A DNA stretch of 64,000 bases, taken from assembly GCA_977862235.1 (NCBI GenBank), contig OZ374560.1, positions 2,356,001-2,420,000 of the forward strand. The letters run 5' to 3'. Positions 47,706 through 59,345 of the stretch are shown here, piece by piece. The notes under the pieces were generated by a model, which searched no databases, was not told where the DNA came from, and was given only the letters and a program-made list of their open reading frames with translations. Numbering within the stretch: the stretch's first letter is position 1; the number at the start of each line of letters is the position of its first letter. Position numbers and translations under genes: made by a program. The stretch is from Dudresnaya verticillata. Lineage: Eukaryota.

Positions 47706-48525
47706 TTGTTGCGGGTTTAAACGAAGCAGGGCAGATATCTCGTTCCTGGCTCTAGAAACTCTATCAAGCCGCTAAACGCAATTGGGGCGCAAACCCCTTT
47801 TCGACAGAAAATAAACCACACCACACGCAGCAATTGGAGCCCCACTCGACGGCAACTGCTAAGCCCACAGCGGCCATGTAGTATCGGAACCGCTTTCTGA
47901 AAGAAATAAAAGCGTACAAAACTCGGTTCCTAGACTCTCTCATGAGAGCTCCATTCGAACACAGACATGTGCCACCATAACCAGCTAGAGCGTCGGTATC
48001 GTTCATTGTCAGAAGACAAAGTATTTCAGCTCTCCCCACCGTGCATGCGACGAGGTTGGCGCAATAAGCGCACTACACAATGTGTTATTGCATAGAAGAG
48101 TTCTGCTATCCCTGAGATCACCAAAGTATGCTGCAATAATGGCTAACGTGATGAAAGACCTCACGGGGTTAGAGTAGAGTGTGTCAGCTTCTGCAGCAAG
48201 GGCCTACAGCGTCTTTGACCCATAAGCAGGCGCACCTTGGAAGGAGAATGGTCTAGGGGATAGCGCTACCTGAGGGAAGTTGGTTGTCGCGCGATGTAGC
48301 CGAGTGATTCGCGGCACAGCAGCAAAGCTACCCCTTGCACTGCGCGGGTGTGCATGTGCAACTCAGCCACGTCACTGCGACATGCACCAAGTAGGGCGGA
48401 TGCGGTGGTGTTCCGAAGATGGTGACGGGAGGGAAGGACGTGGTGCACTACCGCGTCGGCTTTCTTTGCGAGTTGCTCCTTTCGGTGTCCACGTGTGAAG
48501 CCGCCCACTCTGCGCGTCACGGCTT

Positions 48526-48680
48526 GCAGCACACCTGCGGCGGCGCGTTGAGATGCGGGTTTGTGCCGTAGCAAAAGACGCGAAGCACAACCATCTGTGC
48601 GGATATCTCTCCTGTAGCACCGCGCACGGGGCGCGTTTGAAAAGTAATGAAAATTCTGCGTGCGCTTCTCGCGGTGGCAC
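48526..48680 (+). repeat. Four-box ~155-bp element, copy A
   Basis: Boxes at 48526, 48563, 48614, 48674 (spacing 37/51/60); AAAAGTAA at 48640. Confidence 0.85.
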
Positions 48681-49473
48681 GGCGGAGACTGCAAAGAAAT
48701 AACAACATTTCGGCATTTTGGACATGGAAGGCGGCGCAGTAAGAAATAGTCATAATGGAACCGGGTCGGTTCCCCATTCGTGCGACTCGTGGCTTATTGC
48801 CAGCAGCCGGTGACATCGACTGACTGGCATATCCGAAGATTGAAGAACTCTCTCACGTTGTCCACAGACAGGCACTTCGTAAAGTCCACAAACTCTCTCA
48901 CGTTCCCGTGACCAACCTGACCCCCTTTGCTCACTACAGAATAAAATAAAGATGGTTGTCGCTCGCAAATTTCTACAGTACCCTGATCCTCCCAGTCACA
49001 AACTGCAAAGCTCGCGGGCTGATTGCGCAAACAAAAACAAACCGGTCCTGATACCCGGCCCTTCGTGACACGCACGCCGCCTCGCGGGCTTCGCGGCGGG
49101 GAGCATGCAAAAGGCTGTTATCGATGCTCACATCGCGCATGCAGGTGCTTGCGCTGAGCCAGCAGCAACCCAGCCGGCGCTGTAGAACTTTGCTTCCATA
49201 CCGATCGCATCTCTCATTCCCCTCGCACGAACGCTCGACGCAACGACGTTCTGTGAGGCGCGGGAGCATCAGCCGCGGCGCCGGTGTCGCGAGCGCCCGC
49301 GCGGCGGCCGCAACCTGCCGTACAGCGCAGTGAGGCGCGGTGCGAAGCACGCGAGGAAGAAGACGATGGCTGCGTGGGGGGCCCACACCGACCTCTTCGC
49401 GGTTTCGGCGGGGTGGTCCGGACGAATGCAATTGAAACCCACTCCCAGCCTGGTGAAACTGGGTTTCCGGGCT

Positions 49474-49628
49474 TCAGCACACGCATGCCGCGATGTGGAG
49501 AAGTGCGTCCGTGCCAGTGCGGGATAGGCGATCCAAACCCATCTGCGACGGTTTCCCTCCAGTAGCACCGCGCGCGAGCGATTGGCGGAAAGTAATGTGC
49601 AGCGGGCTTGTTGCTTCTACAGTGGCAC
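49474..49628 (+). repeat. Four-box element, copy B
   Basis: Boxes at 49474, 49511, 49562, 49622 (37/51/60); GAAAGTAA at 49588. Confidence 0.88.
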
Positions 49629-49772
49629 AGCACAGACATCGAGTAAGGAGAGTTTAGGGAGGCACTTTGTGGGCTCTGCGCACGCGGTGTGCAGTCGCGA
49701 AGGGCCCTTGTCCCTTCCGTGATGGGTGCAATACCCTTTTCGACAGTAGCGCTGCGGCGAAGCGTAGGGGTT

Positions 49773-49928
49773 GCAGCACAGCAATGAGGCGAGGCTGCGA
49801 TGCGGTTTGGTGCCATTGCAAAAGATGGCAACCAGCGCCAGCTGGGAATCAGTTCTGTGCTATAGCACCGCGTGCCGGGGATGCCCCAAACTCGATTCAA
49901 ATGCGCCAGGTTTGCCTGCCAGTGGCAC
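49773..49928 (+). repeat. Four-box element, copy C
   Basis: Boxes at 49773, 49810, 49862, 49922 (37/52/60); the A-rich box is degenerate. Confidence 0.8.
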
Positions 49929-50076
49929 GGCATGCGCTTCGGGCAGTAATACGGACAGCTATTCGATTCTGGCGCGTGAGAGGTGAGCACGAAAGCTTGG
50001 CAGACGTCGGTCGCACGGTCGCATTCTCAAGTCGTGTGCGAGCATGCTCGTGTGCTATAGTTGTGCGTCGATGGCT

Positions 50077-50125
50077 GCGGCAACGCGTGCCGCGCCGCGA
50101 CCATTCCCAGTGCGTGCCACTAGAA
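50077..50125 (+). repeat. Four-box element, truncated copy D (boxes 1-2 only)
   Basis: GCGGCAA at 50077 and GTGCCACTA at 50114 (spacing 37). Confidence 0.5.
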
Positions 50126-51814
50126 CAAGTGCGCGGAGGTCGTCCCTATTAGCAGTAGACGCAACCCACCATGTTGCAAGTAGTGCTGCGTTAGTGTGGA
50201 GACCACTTGTTCCAGGAAATCAGTTCGTCGAACAAGCTTCGCTCCTCTTGGCCCCGTTGTGACATCATACCTTCTCGCGTTGTCAAGCCCCAGTACCACA
50301 ACAAGCCAACGCAACCTTTCTCCCGGTAAAATTAGGATATCTAGATGAACATGGTAACATAGAGAAACTTATTGTCTTCCAAATGATGTGATAGATCACT
50401 AATGTCTTATCACGCCTTGCTCCAAGATCAGAACAACGCTTTACTGCGTAGAAACCGCACTCCCGGCCCCCTGAGACTGCAAGACATTCCAGTCGATCCA
50501 ACTCTCCAGTGCGTTGCAGCAGAACCATACGGACGCTTGCAACAGCACAGGAAAGTATGGCTGCTCGTTCATGTAGAAAAGTATTTGCAGGGGGAGGTGG
50601 GTACCTCATGCGTTGGCGGTGTTCGCTTGGGAACGACTGTGTTACATATTTGTAAGGAGGCGTGACTGCTGCGGCAGACGGTAGATACCGGCAGTTCGGC
50701 AGCAGTGAGGCGCTGTTCTACTACACTGCGCTATGCTACGCATTCGCAAAGCACATGCGTCGGCTACTGCGCGAAGGAACCCATTGCAGTTCGACTGCAG
50801 CTTTCAACCTGTTCAGCACATAAAGTTCCCGCATGTCTCTCCCTGTTCAGACTTACCATTCCTTCACTGGCGTGCATGGCAAGTGAACTGTCGTGCTCGC
50901 AGCGCGCGCCACATTCGCGCAACCCGTGGGTCGCGGACGCGCTGCAAAGGAAGCCATCAGCCTTCGGGACGAAGCGCTTCGCGTGCGCGTGCAACTGGGG
51001 TCGCGGCGTAGCACTTTGCTTTGCAGGCACGCAGGCAACCACTGAAGGCGACGGCCGGCTGCTGAGGCGCTTCCGCGCGCCACGTGCAGGGTGCCCAAAC
51101 ACGCGCGAGTGCGCACGTGCTGAAGCGAACTGAACGGAGGCTGTGCGGAGTGGCATCGATACGCGCGAAGCGGCGCCCGTCGATGTGGTGGGAGGGAGAG
51201 GGGGGCTGCGGCGTGGTGTCCCAGGGCAGGGAAAAGGTGGCGCTCTTTGCGGCGCGGTGGAGCCAGGCAAGGGTGGCTCGGGGCTTTTGGCCAACACACT
51301 TCTGTACGCTGCGCTTCCGGAGGCATGCTGTTCTCGCGCGGTGCGGTTGTGGGGCAGATGGGAAGAGAGGTCGAAGCGCCTGCTTTTGTCTGTGCTGGGG
51401 CCGATACGGTCGAGAGTTGCGGGCTTGGGATTTGGACGTGCGAGACGGCGTGGCGTAGGGCGGCGCGCGTGAAATCTTGTGGCTCAAGCAGGGTTCGAAG
51501 GAGGGGGTTGGAAAGTTGCAAGATGCCACACGTGTTGCAAGCATGCGGTGAATGGGGCTCGGGAGGTCAAGCGCAGGAGCAAAGCGGCGATGGTAAACCT
51601 TTACCTAAAGGGCCGAAAGGTGGACATAACGCAGAAAAAGACGGGCACTGCTTCAATGCAGGCTTTGTCGCGGCGGGACTCGCGAGTGACGCGACGAGTC
51701 TCGACCATCTCTCCTCGCGAAGGGCAATGCCGAGGCTGTCCACGGCTCCTTCCGTAGCCGCTGATCTCATCACGCCCCGTGCAGAACCGCTGCGATGCAG
51801 GTTGCACTTGCGCA

Positions 51815-51971
51815 GTAGCACAGCTGCGGCACGTGCGCGAGGGGCAAGCTTGTGCATTTGGAAAAGGTTCGAATTGGGCCGATTTGGAACGGGTTCCCTA
51901 CTGTAGCAACGCGCGCGCGGACCTTCTTGAAAATAACCGTCATTATGTATTTCTGTCTGGTAGTAGAGCAC
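51815..51971 (+). repeat. Four-box element, copy E
   Basis: Boxes at 51815, 51852, 51903, 51963 (37/51/60); GAAAATAA at 51929. Confidence 0.85.
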
Positions 51972-53040
51972 GGGGGTCGTTAGGTTCGAACGATGCCCCT
52001 GTTTCAGAGGACCGGCTGCCGTTGTAAATTGGTATTTACATTACACCCGGGCGGCTCCGGGCGTGAGAGTGTTTGCCGGCGCAAGTTTTCAGGCGCATGA
52101 ACCCTTCGAAAACGCAACCCTACTTGTCTCGTGTCATCTGTTAGCCGTACCGTACAGACTCCGACGTTATACACGCACTCCCTACCGACGCACCGGGGCT
52201 CCGTAGCAACAATGTATGTGTGCGTTGTGTGTGAAACCAAGAGAAAGGAGCTCTAGCACACCGTCGTCAACTTCTATGGTCAAGTGAACCCCGGCATTAA
52301 ACTCAATGTCCGACGCGAACGGTCTCATGGACGTCGTCGTCAAGAAGCGCGCGTCCTCAGTGTCTGACAAGCTTGCCATTCGTAACAAGTTGTTATTAAC
52401 AACTCGCCCTATATTCCCAGTTTCTAAATTCGACGAGTAGAACGAAGCTTTGTAGAGCTCCACGTCCCTACTGACCAAAGTCCCCCCTTCTTTCTTAGCA
52501 TCTACAACACCAACACGGTGTCAACATGCAAAGTTGTCCTCCCTTCCTGAGAAGGTCTGTTTATGTTGAAGCTCCGTGACGGAGCTCCCGTTTAGCCGTG
52601 AATCAAGGTCCAATCGCGTGCTGGTCCAGCCCTACTGGGAAACTATTCGCGTCTATCGTTCGAGGAAGGCTAGTCAATCGGGAAGCTAACACATTGCATT
52701 CCTTGAGTGACGCTCCACCCAGGCTGAAAACGGTTCTGTCTATCCTTCAAGCGCATCATATGGATAGTGTTAAGGCACCAAGGTAGAGCTGGCGTTGTCA
52801 CGACCAGACGAGAGCTCAACATCGTTCTCAAAGCTTTTCGGATGCATGCCTTGGACATGCGTGGGAGACGCTGCCGGAAATTGAGAGAAATGACAAGGGG
52901 AGATATGGGGAAGGTGAGGCGAAGAACTCCGGGCGCGGTGCGCATTCATTACTGGGCAGTTGTGAAACGTTAGGCACCCATTCACTAACGCGCGCAAACA
53001 GCTAAAGGCAAATAAATACAAGCAGCAATACACGCATCGC

Positions 53041-53160
53041 AAGAGAGATGGGGAACTTCATGGTAGGGTTCGAAGGGCGCTAGGTCGCCCGGTCTACTCA
53101 AGGATCTACCTGAAGGGCAAGACGACGGCGATTGCTTGCCAGCGCTTGAAAACGGAGAAG
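53041..53160 (-). mobile_element. 120-bp 3'-terminal fragment of the CRE-like retrotransposon, inverted
   Basis: Reverse complement matches 54361-54480 at 110/120 positions without gaps; both end at CCCCATCTCTCTT. Confidence 0.92.
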
Positions 53161-53392
53161 GACGTAGAGCAGGGGCACCGGGCGTGTGGCCGCGGCGGCG
53201 ACGGCGGCGGCGGATGGGGGCAGTGGGGCGCACCTGGCGCCAGGTGAGCATGGTGACCAACGCTGAGGCCGAGCTCATTTCTCTGCATGGACGTGGCGCG
53301 CGGAGCAGAGCGGCTGGTGCGGGAAGGCTCGACGGCTGAAGGGCCAGCACACAGCTGTTGGTTCTTGTTTGCGATGCCGCAGGTTGCTGCGC

Positions 53393-53449
53393 CACAGCTT
53401 CAGCGCCGTGATTGCAGCACAGCTTCAGCGCCGTGATTGCAGCACAGCT
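53393..53449 (+). repeat. Perfect 25-bp tandem duplication containing box 1 of copy F
   Basis: CACAGCTTCAGCGCCGTGATTGCAG x2 plus CACAGCT. Confidence 0.9.
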
Positions 53450-53593
53450 GTGGAACCGGTGTGAGAGGTATACTTGTGCTGCTGTGAAACGTACGAATCG
53501 GGCAAAATTTAAACGCATTTCCTCGTGGTGCGCAGCGCGCGAGGGCCGTTGTGAAAGTAATCACTAAAGTTGGGTGTTTTCTGATAGTAGCAC
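53439..53593 (+). repeat. Four-box element, copy F
   Basis: Boxes at 53439, 53476, ~53527 (degenerate), 53587 (37, then 111 = 51+60); GAAAGTAA at 53553. Confidence 0.82.
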
Positions 53594-53623
53594 AGCACAG
53601 AACAGTAAGGTGTTTTCTGGCAG

Positions 53624-54480
53624 AGCTCTCCATCGCTTTCCTTGCATTCTTCAACAGTGCAGCAAAAATCGTACATGGCTCGTCTTCTGTCCTGCAGCAC
53701 GTCTGCAGCTAGTGCGCCATTTACGGCCCTCCCGAATTCCTATCGCGGTACTCGCTTCACCCCGGAGGAAAGGATTGCCGCGTGTGATATCCGCTTGGGA
53801 AACCCGGTTTTCACCGGCACTACTCGTTGTCCCCACTGTGTACTCACGCGGGCCGTGACGCAAGCTCCTCTACTTGATCCTCTCGGGAAACATGCCATCA
53901 CCTGCGCTACGCGCGAAGGTGCTATCCGGTCATAACACCTTACGCGATGTTCTAGCCAACGAATTCCGCCAGCTGGGCCTACGGGCCTATCTATGTCGAG
54001 TACTCGTTTCTCGCCGAACGTCATCTGCCCCCTACTTCTCGTCGCCGTATGGACGTGGTGATTCCTATTTCTGCCTTTGACGTTACGGTGGCAGCCCCGT
54101 TTGCTGCCAATTACCGCACTGCTGCCTCTCGCTTGGGTGGAGCAGCGCCGACGCTCGCTGAACGGCCCAAAAGAGCGCATTACCAAGATCTACGCGACAG
54201 CGAGGGAATGGATTTCTATGCTGTCGGTATTGACTCCTACGGCGCTATTGGCACTGAGGCTCGTCAGGGGTTACGTGCCATTGGCCGCTTTACGTCCGAA
54301 CAGAGAGGGAGTAACCCTTCGGACGAAACGCAAGCACTCACGATTCGCATTGTATCTCATCTTCTCCGCTTTCAGGCGCTGGCGATCAATCGCCGTCGTC
54401 TTGCCCTTCAGGTAGGTCCTTGCGTAGACGGGGCGACTTAGCGCCCTTCGAACCCTACCATAAAGGTCCCCATCTCTCTT
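53624..54480 (+). mobile_element. 5'-truncated CRE-clade non-LTR retrotransposon (zinc knuckle plus restriction-like endonuclease), frameshifted
   Basis: ARLLS...FTALP...IRLGNP...CPHC...DPLGKHAITC, (R)HNTLRDVL, RRMDVV...FDVTV, AERPKRAHY, DSYGAIG; stop at 54441. Flanked by TTTTCTGGCAG at 53613-53623 and 54479-54489. Confidence 0.88.
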
Positions 54481-55025
54481 TTCTGGCAGTGGCACAGCGC
54501 TGCTATCTAGACAAACTTGGTACAGTACAAGTGTAATCCGGGCGAAGCTGTTGATCCCGGACAAATTTGCTGCTGAACCTGGACAAACTGCTGATCTCGG
54601 ACAAACATGACGACCCGGGCAAACCTGCTATTCCGAAGCTCCCACAACCGCGTCCAGCAGTAACCTCTAGCACAAGCATGCTCCGCTGCGTCTGGGAGAC
54701 CATGCGTTCACCAGCGACCAGAGCAGCTCTCGCATCGCGTGCAAGCACGATGGTGGTGCGTCTGTAGTCGCGGCGCTGCCCCAGAGAGCATAGAAGGTGT
54801 GGGTAGCACTTGCCTGCAGGCATGTGGCCGACCGGCAGAGGGTGACGCGGCGATGAGCACGCACGCGGTGCCCGGTGTCTAAGGCTGTCTGTCTATATTT
54901 GTGGGAGAATGAGGGCAGAGCGGTGTCGAAGCGCGCAGCGCACGTTGATGTCGGTAGCAGGGCGTTCGTCTCGGTCTCGATTCAATTCCGCTCCCAAACT
55001 GCCTTGATGGTGTTATGTTGCGTTT

Positions 55026-55181
55026 GTAGCACATCTGTGTTCAAGTGGACGAGCGGCGTACTTGTGCCACTACAAAATATGCGAACCGGACCGACAGGCC
55101 CTGATTTCCACATTGTAGCAGCGCGCGCGAGGACCTCCATGAAAATAAGTGCAAATATTTGCTTCATTCCGGCAGTAGCAC
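55026..55181 (+). repeat. Four-box element, copy G
   Basis: Boxes at 55026, 55064, 55115, 55175 (38/51/60); GAAAATAA at 55141. Confidence 0.9.
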
Positions 55182-55796
55182 AGCACAGACTGTTCTCTAC
55201 ATGCGAAACTTCAAGCCAGTGTTCGTTGTTGTAGCCGAAAATAGCCGTGGGTGCTCCGGCTTCGAACGCGGTGACTGTTTGTTTGCAGCACATGCTTGAC
55301 CTGTGTTCCGTTCTCGTGCGACTGCAGCACCCTCCAAACTTTTAACCGCCTGGCTGCGGAGCCGGCCCGGCAGTACCGGGCCCAGTCCGCTCGACGTGCA
55401 GGTGCCCAGGGCGCTCCAAAGACCAGCGGTGTGCACATGCCGAACCGAACGGCACGGCAGATGACAAAAACCGACCGCACGGGAAACCGCGGGATGCGCA
55501 CGGTGGCTGGCGTCCATGTGCGCAACGCACCCGCAGCTGCGAGGTGCTGCTCTTTACGGGCGCGGCGCGGCCTGGCGCGGGTGTCAGGGGACGGGGGGGA
55601 GCGCTGCGCACGTTGTGATATTAAACTTTATAGGACGGCGCACGTTGTGCGGCTGGAAGGGAGGACGGAGGTGTCGACCGAAGGGTGGACAGGCAGACAC
55701 GGCGTGGGACCCACGTCGAGTCGGGACGCAGTGCCACCGGGCCTCGATTATGCGTCGTGCTAGGCCGGTGGAGAAGCGCTCGTTCAGAGTTTGCTT

Positions 55797-55951
55797 GTAG
55801 CACGGCCACGCCTCGCGGTTGAGGGGCGTGGGCGTGCCACTGCAAAATGTGCGAACTGGGGCGGTTTGCGACGGTTTCCCTACTGCAGCAACGCGCGCGA
55901 CGAGCTTTGCGAAAGTAACGTTAATAGTCTGCTATTATCGGGCTGTGGCAC
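55797..55951 (+). repeat. Four-box element, copy H
   Basis: Boxes at 55797, 55834, 55885, 55945 (37/51/60); GAAAGTAA at 55911. Confidence 0.9.
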
Positions 55952-56111
55952 AGTGCAAACTTCTTGTCTGCCACCACACCGGGAAACGCCATGTAAATTC
56001 GCTAGTGATTCTTCGCCCCCTCTCGCTCTGCCTGCCCGAGCGGCCAAGGAAGGCAGGCAGGCATTGTGGTGGCTTCGGGGCGGCAACATCGTCGGGCACA
56101 GTGTTTGTGCA

Positions 56112-56268
56112 GTAGCACCCCGGCCGCTTGCGCTTTCAACGGCGTTCGTGTGCCACTACAAAATATTTCATCCAGGCCCATCCAGGGCCTAATTCCCCCC
56201 TGTTGCACCGCGCGCGAGGACCATCGAGAAAGTAACCTTATTTATCCACAAGTACGTGGCAGTAGCAC
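56112..56268 (+). repeat. Four-box element, copy I
   Basis: Boxes at 56112, 56150, 56202, 56262 (38/52/60); GAAAGTAA at 56228. Confidence 0.9.
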
Positions 56269-56743
56269 AGAACACACCGCTCTTTATTAGAATCCAACTC
56301 ACCGCCCCACTCACACTTCCACCCAGCCTGTCGCCGCGCACGGCACATCTTTCGCCACTCTTCGCGTGCACCACCCCGATAGCTTCCCGCCTGCCTTCGT
56401 CGCCCATGCAACGCGTCGCACGCAAGCGCGCAACCGCCTACCCGACAGACTTCAGCCATCAACAGCCCTGCATCCGTGTGCCTGCCCACGTCGCCCTTGC
56501 CCTCGTTTGTTCGCGCGCTGGCGCGGAGAGTGCGCATCGTTCGAGGCTGCACAAGCCCCAGCCTTTGTAATCTCCGTGGTGTGTTCTTGATACTTCCTTG
56601 AAAACTGTGTTGCCCCTTCTCGACCTTCCGCCGAGATGGAGCAGTCTTTATACTAATCCTTGTTCGTGCTCCTCCCCAGAGCGGTAGAGTGAGGAGTAGA
56701 ACTGTTACTATTCATTTCTAGAACAGTAGCCCGTAGGAACCTA

Positions 56744-56905
56744 AACAGTACTCTACAAGCTGAATACTACCGCAATCTAGACAATGCTCTGCAAGCGATT
56801 GCCTGCCGTAACGTAAGTAATACTCTACAAGCGGTAGTGCACAGCAGAGCAAACAATACCCTGCAAGCAGTAACTCCCAGCAACGGATACATTACTCTAC
56901 AAATT
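56744..56905 (+). repeat. 36-bp-period tandem repeat encoding a 12-aa xN(T/A)LQA repeat; possible ankyrin-like pseudogene fragment
   Basis: TACTCTACAAGC-like core at 56749, 56785, 56821, 56857, 56893. One open frame reads NSTLQAEYYRNL DNALQAIACRNV SNTLQAVVHSRA NNTLQAVTPSNG YITLQ. Confidence 0.7.
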
Positions 56906-58269
56906 GGGTGCTCGTTTCAGAGCTTAAAGAAAACACCGTTTGTTCCACGAACACATCGTTCGTTCCACGAACGGAGTAATTCATGGCTTGAAGATCTCGC
57001 TAGTCCAATCTCTCTACACCTTGCAGCTCTGAACACGTACCGTACCATGGATCAGAGCTTTTGCTTTTGACATACTGCGTTCCTGTCCTAGGGATGTACC
57101 CGAACGTTACTGGCCCTGCAGGTAGCGGTTAAGGAGATTTATAAGTTTTCTCAAACTGGCTTGACTTGTTCAACATGACTGTAGCTACAGTTTATCTATG
57201 GTGCCGGCGTGCCTGAAAACAGGACGTTTTTCGTTGTTCGCGGTATTGTGGCTTGTGTCGACAGCCTGGCCTTACGAAATGTTCTCTAGCGCATACTACT
57301 CGAGCCTATATTGATATGCGTCGACACAGTACCCCTCAGCTACTATGCTTCCCTTTGCTGTCTGCCGCCGGTGGTGCTTGCATACGGGCCAAAGTTGCCC
57401 AAATCCAAGTAGGACCACCCTAAACAATACAAAACGGAACAGCGCTACTCAGGGCGTGAAGGAAGGAATCAGTAGCGGTCAGAACCACAGGAAGGGCATC
57501 TTATCATATGGCTATCTGTAAATATATTTGCAGAAATGTAGCAGGAGACTGTCGATAGCATCACTGGAAACAGCATTGCTAGCAATACTGACCAGCGCGT
57601 TTTGGTATTCTGTGCAAGACATCAGCCACAGGTACAGAAGCTCGTTAGCATGACAAAATGCGCAATTTCTCTGCTGTTCACATGTTATCGAAATCCGGTC
57701 TGTCGTACTGACAACAGATAAAGTGGTTGGAGTTTTCTTCCGGAAGCCTTTGTTTACATATTCCAATCGTTCTTATCGGCCAGCCAGCAGGTTCATTTTC
57801 TGGCCTTCAGTTATCGAGACCAGGTTTATCATACTGTTTTGAGCCGCATATCTTTCTCACATGTGATGAGAGCTGGTGGAAAAAGAAGTTAGCTGTTCGC
57901 AACTGCCCCGGAAGGAAATGGTTATCTGGAACAAAAAGAAACTAACTGCACCGCTCAGATTCATGGACAGTTGTCTGCTGAATTCTAGCATTCCAAATCT
58001 ATGAAGATTAGAAGCACAACCTCTATTTCTATGAAGAGACCGGATATGCTTCCATTCTTTTAAGGTATATCTTGAAGGACGAGAAACGCGCTCTATTATA
58101 CGTACCACATGTCTTCGCTCTCCTTCATCTCGCATACTCTTTGACGCAAATGTTTTCGCATTTCATGGTCTTGATGTTTATGTGTGAAATATTCCGGGGT
58201 TTCTTCTTTCAAGGGCTTCAAGAACGTTCCTTTCGGTTTTCACAGTGAAGATCTTGCAACTGAAGAGAG

Positions 58270-59018
58270 TCCTGCCTCTCTCGATTTCGTTAGTGATTTT
58301 TGTTCTGCTTGTCTCTGGAAGCTTCAATAGTCTCTAGGCAACCTGACCAAAGAAGCAATAGATTGGATAACAAATCCATAGGCCACGATGGTGGTGCCTG
58401 GTCGGCATGTACCCATATCACTCAGTACGGAATGAATTTTAACTATGGCTTGGCAAACTATCTAACAACTTACCTGGAACCAATTAGAGAGATGGGGACC
58501 TTTATGGTAGGGTTGGAAGGAACCTACTACAGCTCTTAAACTCGGGTGTGAAATTGGGCTGTTCTTAAAGTTTCTTTCTAATACACTGCCTGAAATGTCC
58601 AAGGCTGTAGGTATTGAACCTGTAGGCATGTCAATGGCGGGAAATTTTGCACCAGATCCCCAGATACCAACGCAGATACCTAGGAACATTCTAGACAGTC
58701 AACACGCTCTTGAACGCAACAACATGTCAATTTTTTTCGATCTGGTCTTCAGCATAGAAGAAGCGGAACACATTTCTGAAGAGCAGCTGCCGATTCTATT
58801 CAAGTTCCTGGCTTCGAAAACTGAAAAGTATCTTCTCTTTTTCAGCAGCTCGACCGGGTCAAGGAGGTATGGGACATTTTCCTGGTTCGATGATGCCTAA
58901 AGAAGAATGGATACGGAGACTCTCAAAAGCTGGACTGTACTATCTCCCGAACCTTTCTAGTATTGCCTCGGAATCTTGCAACGAAAAGAACATTAGCCAT
59001 GTCAGGAACATTTTGTAA
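58270..59018 (+). pseudogene. Disrupted class I SAM-dependent methyltransferase with N-terminal membrane anchor
   Basis: Across stops and frameshifts: hydrophobic LSISLVIFVLLVS, motif-I-like LKLGCEIGLF, AVGIEP, FDLVFSIEEAEHI, FSAARPGQGGMGH...EEW. Ends are approximate. Confidence 0.7.
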
Positions 59019-59345
59019 TGGGTGTATCAGAGGAACTTGGCCTGGGAAAATGTTCTTTCCAAATCCAAAAGACCCGCAAAGGAGACCAAGACTCGTGCTT
59101 CGAAAAGAAGTTGTTCCCAAGAGTAACCAGAAGGGTCGACAAGCTGCGGAGAATTTGTGGCCAGTAAGAGCCCATAACTTTTATCGCGTCTATCATGATC
59201 TGAGCTGTTGCTAGTTTGATCAAGCTCCCAATCCAAATCCCCTTCCACCACGCTCCTTAGGTACTTTACGTCACCTTTCTGCCCCTCTCACCGCGCACTA
59301 TCGAAATACTTCTTCCTGCTCTCTTGGTGCTGCTGCAATATAATA

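Noticed and set aside
52182..52520. VSRDVELY motif suggesting a copia post-integrase fragment
   Set aside because: Single short motif without the upstream GY/YR context.
48526..56268. Four-box repeats read as a CRISPR-like array or a coding repeat
   Set aside because: No identical direct repeats, irregular inter-copy distances, no cas-like ORFs, and reading frame not conserved between copies.
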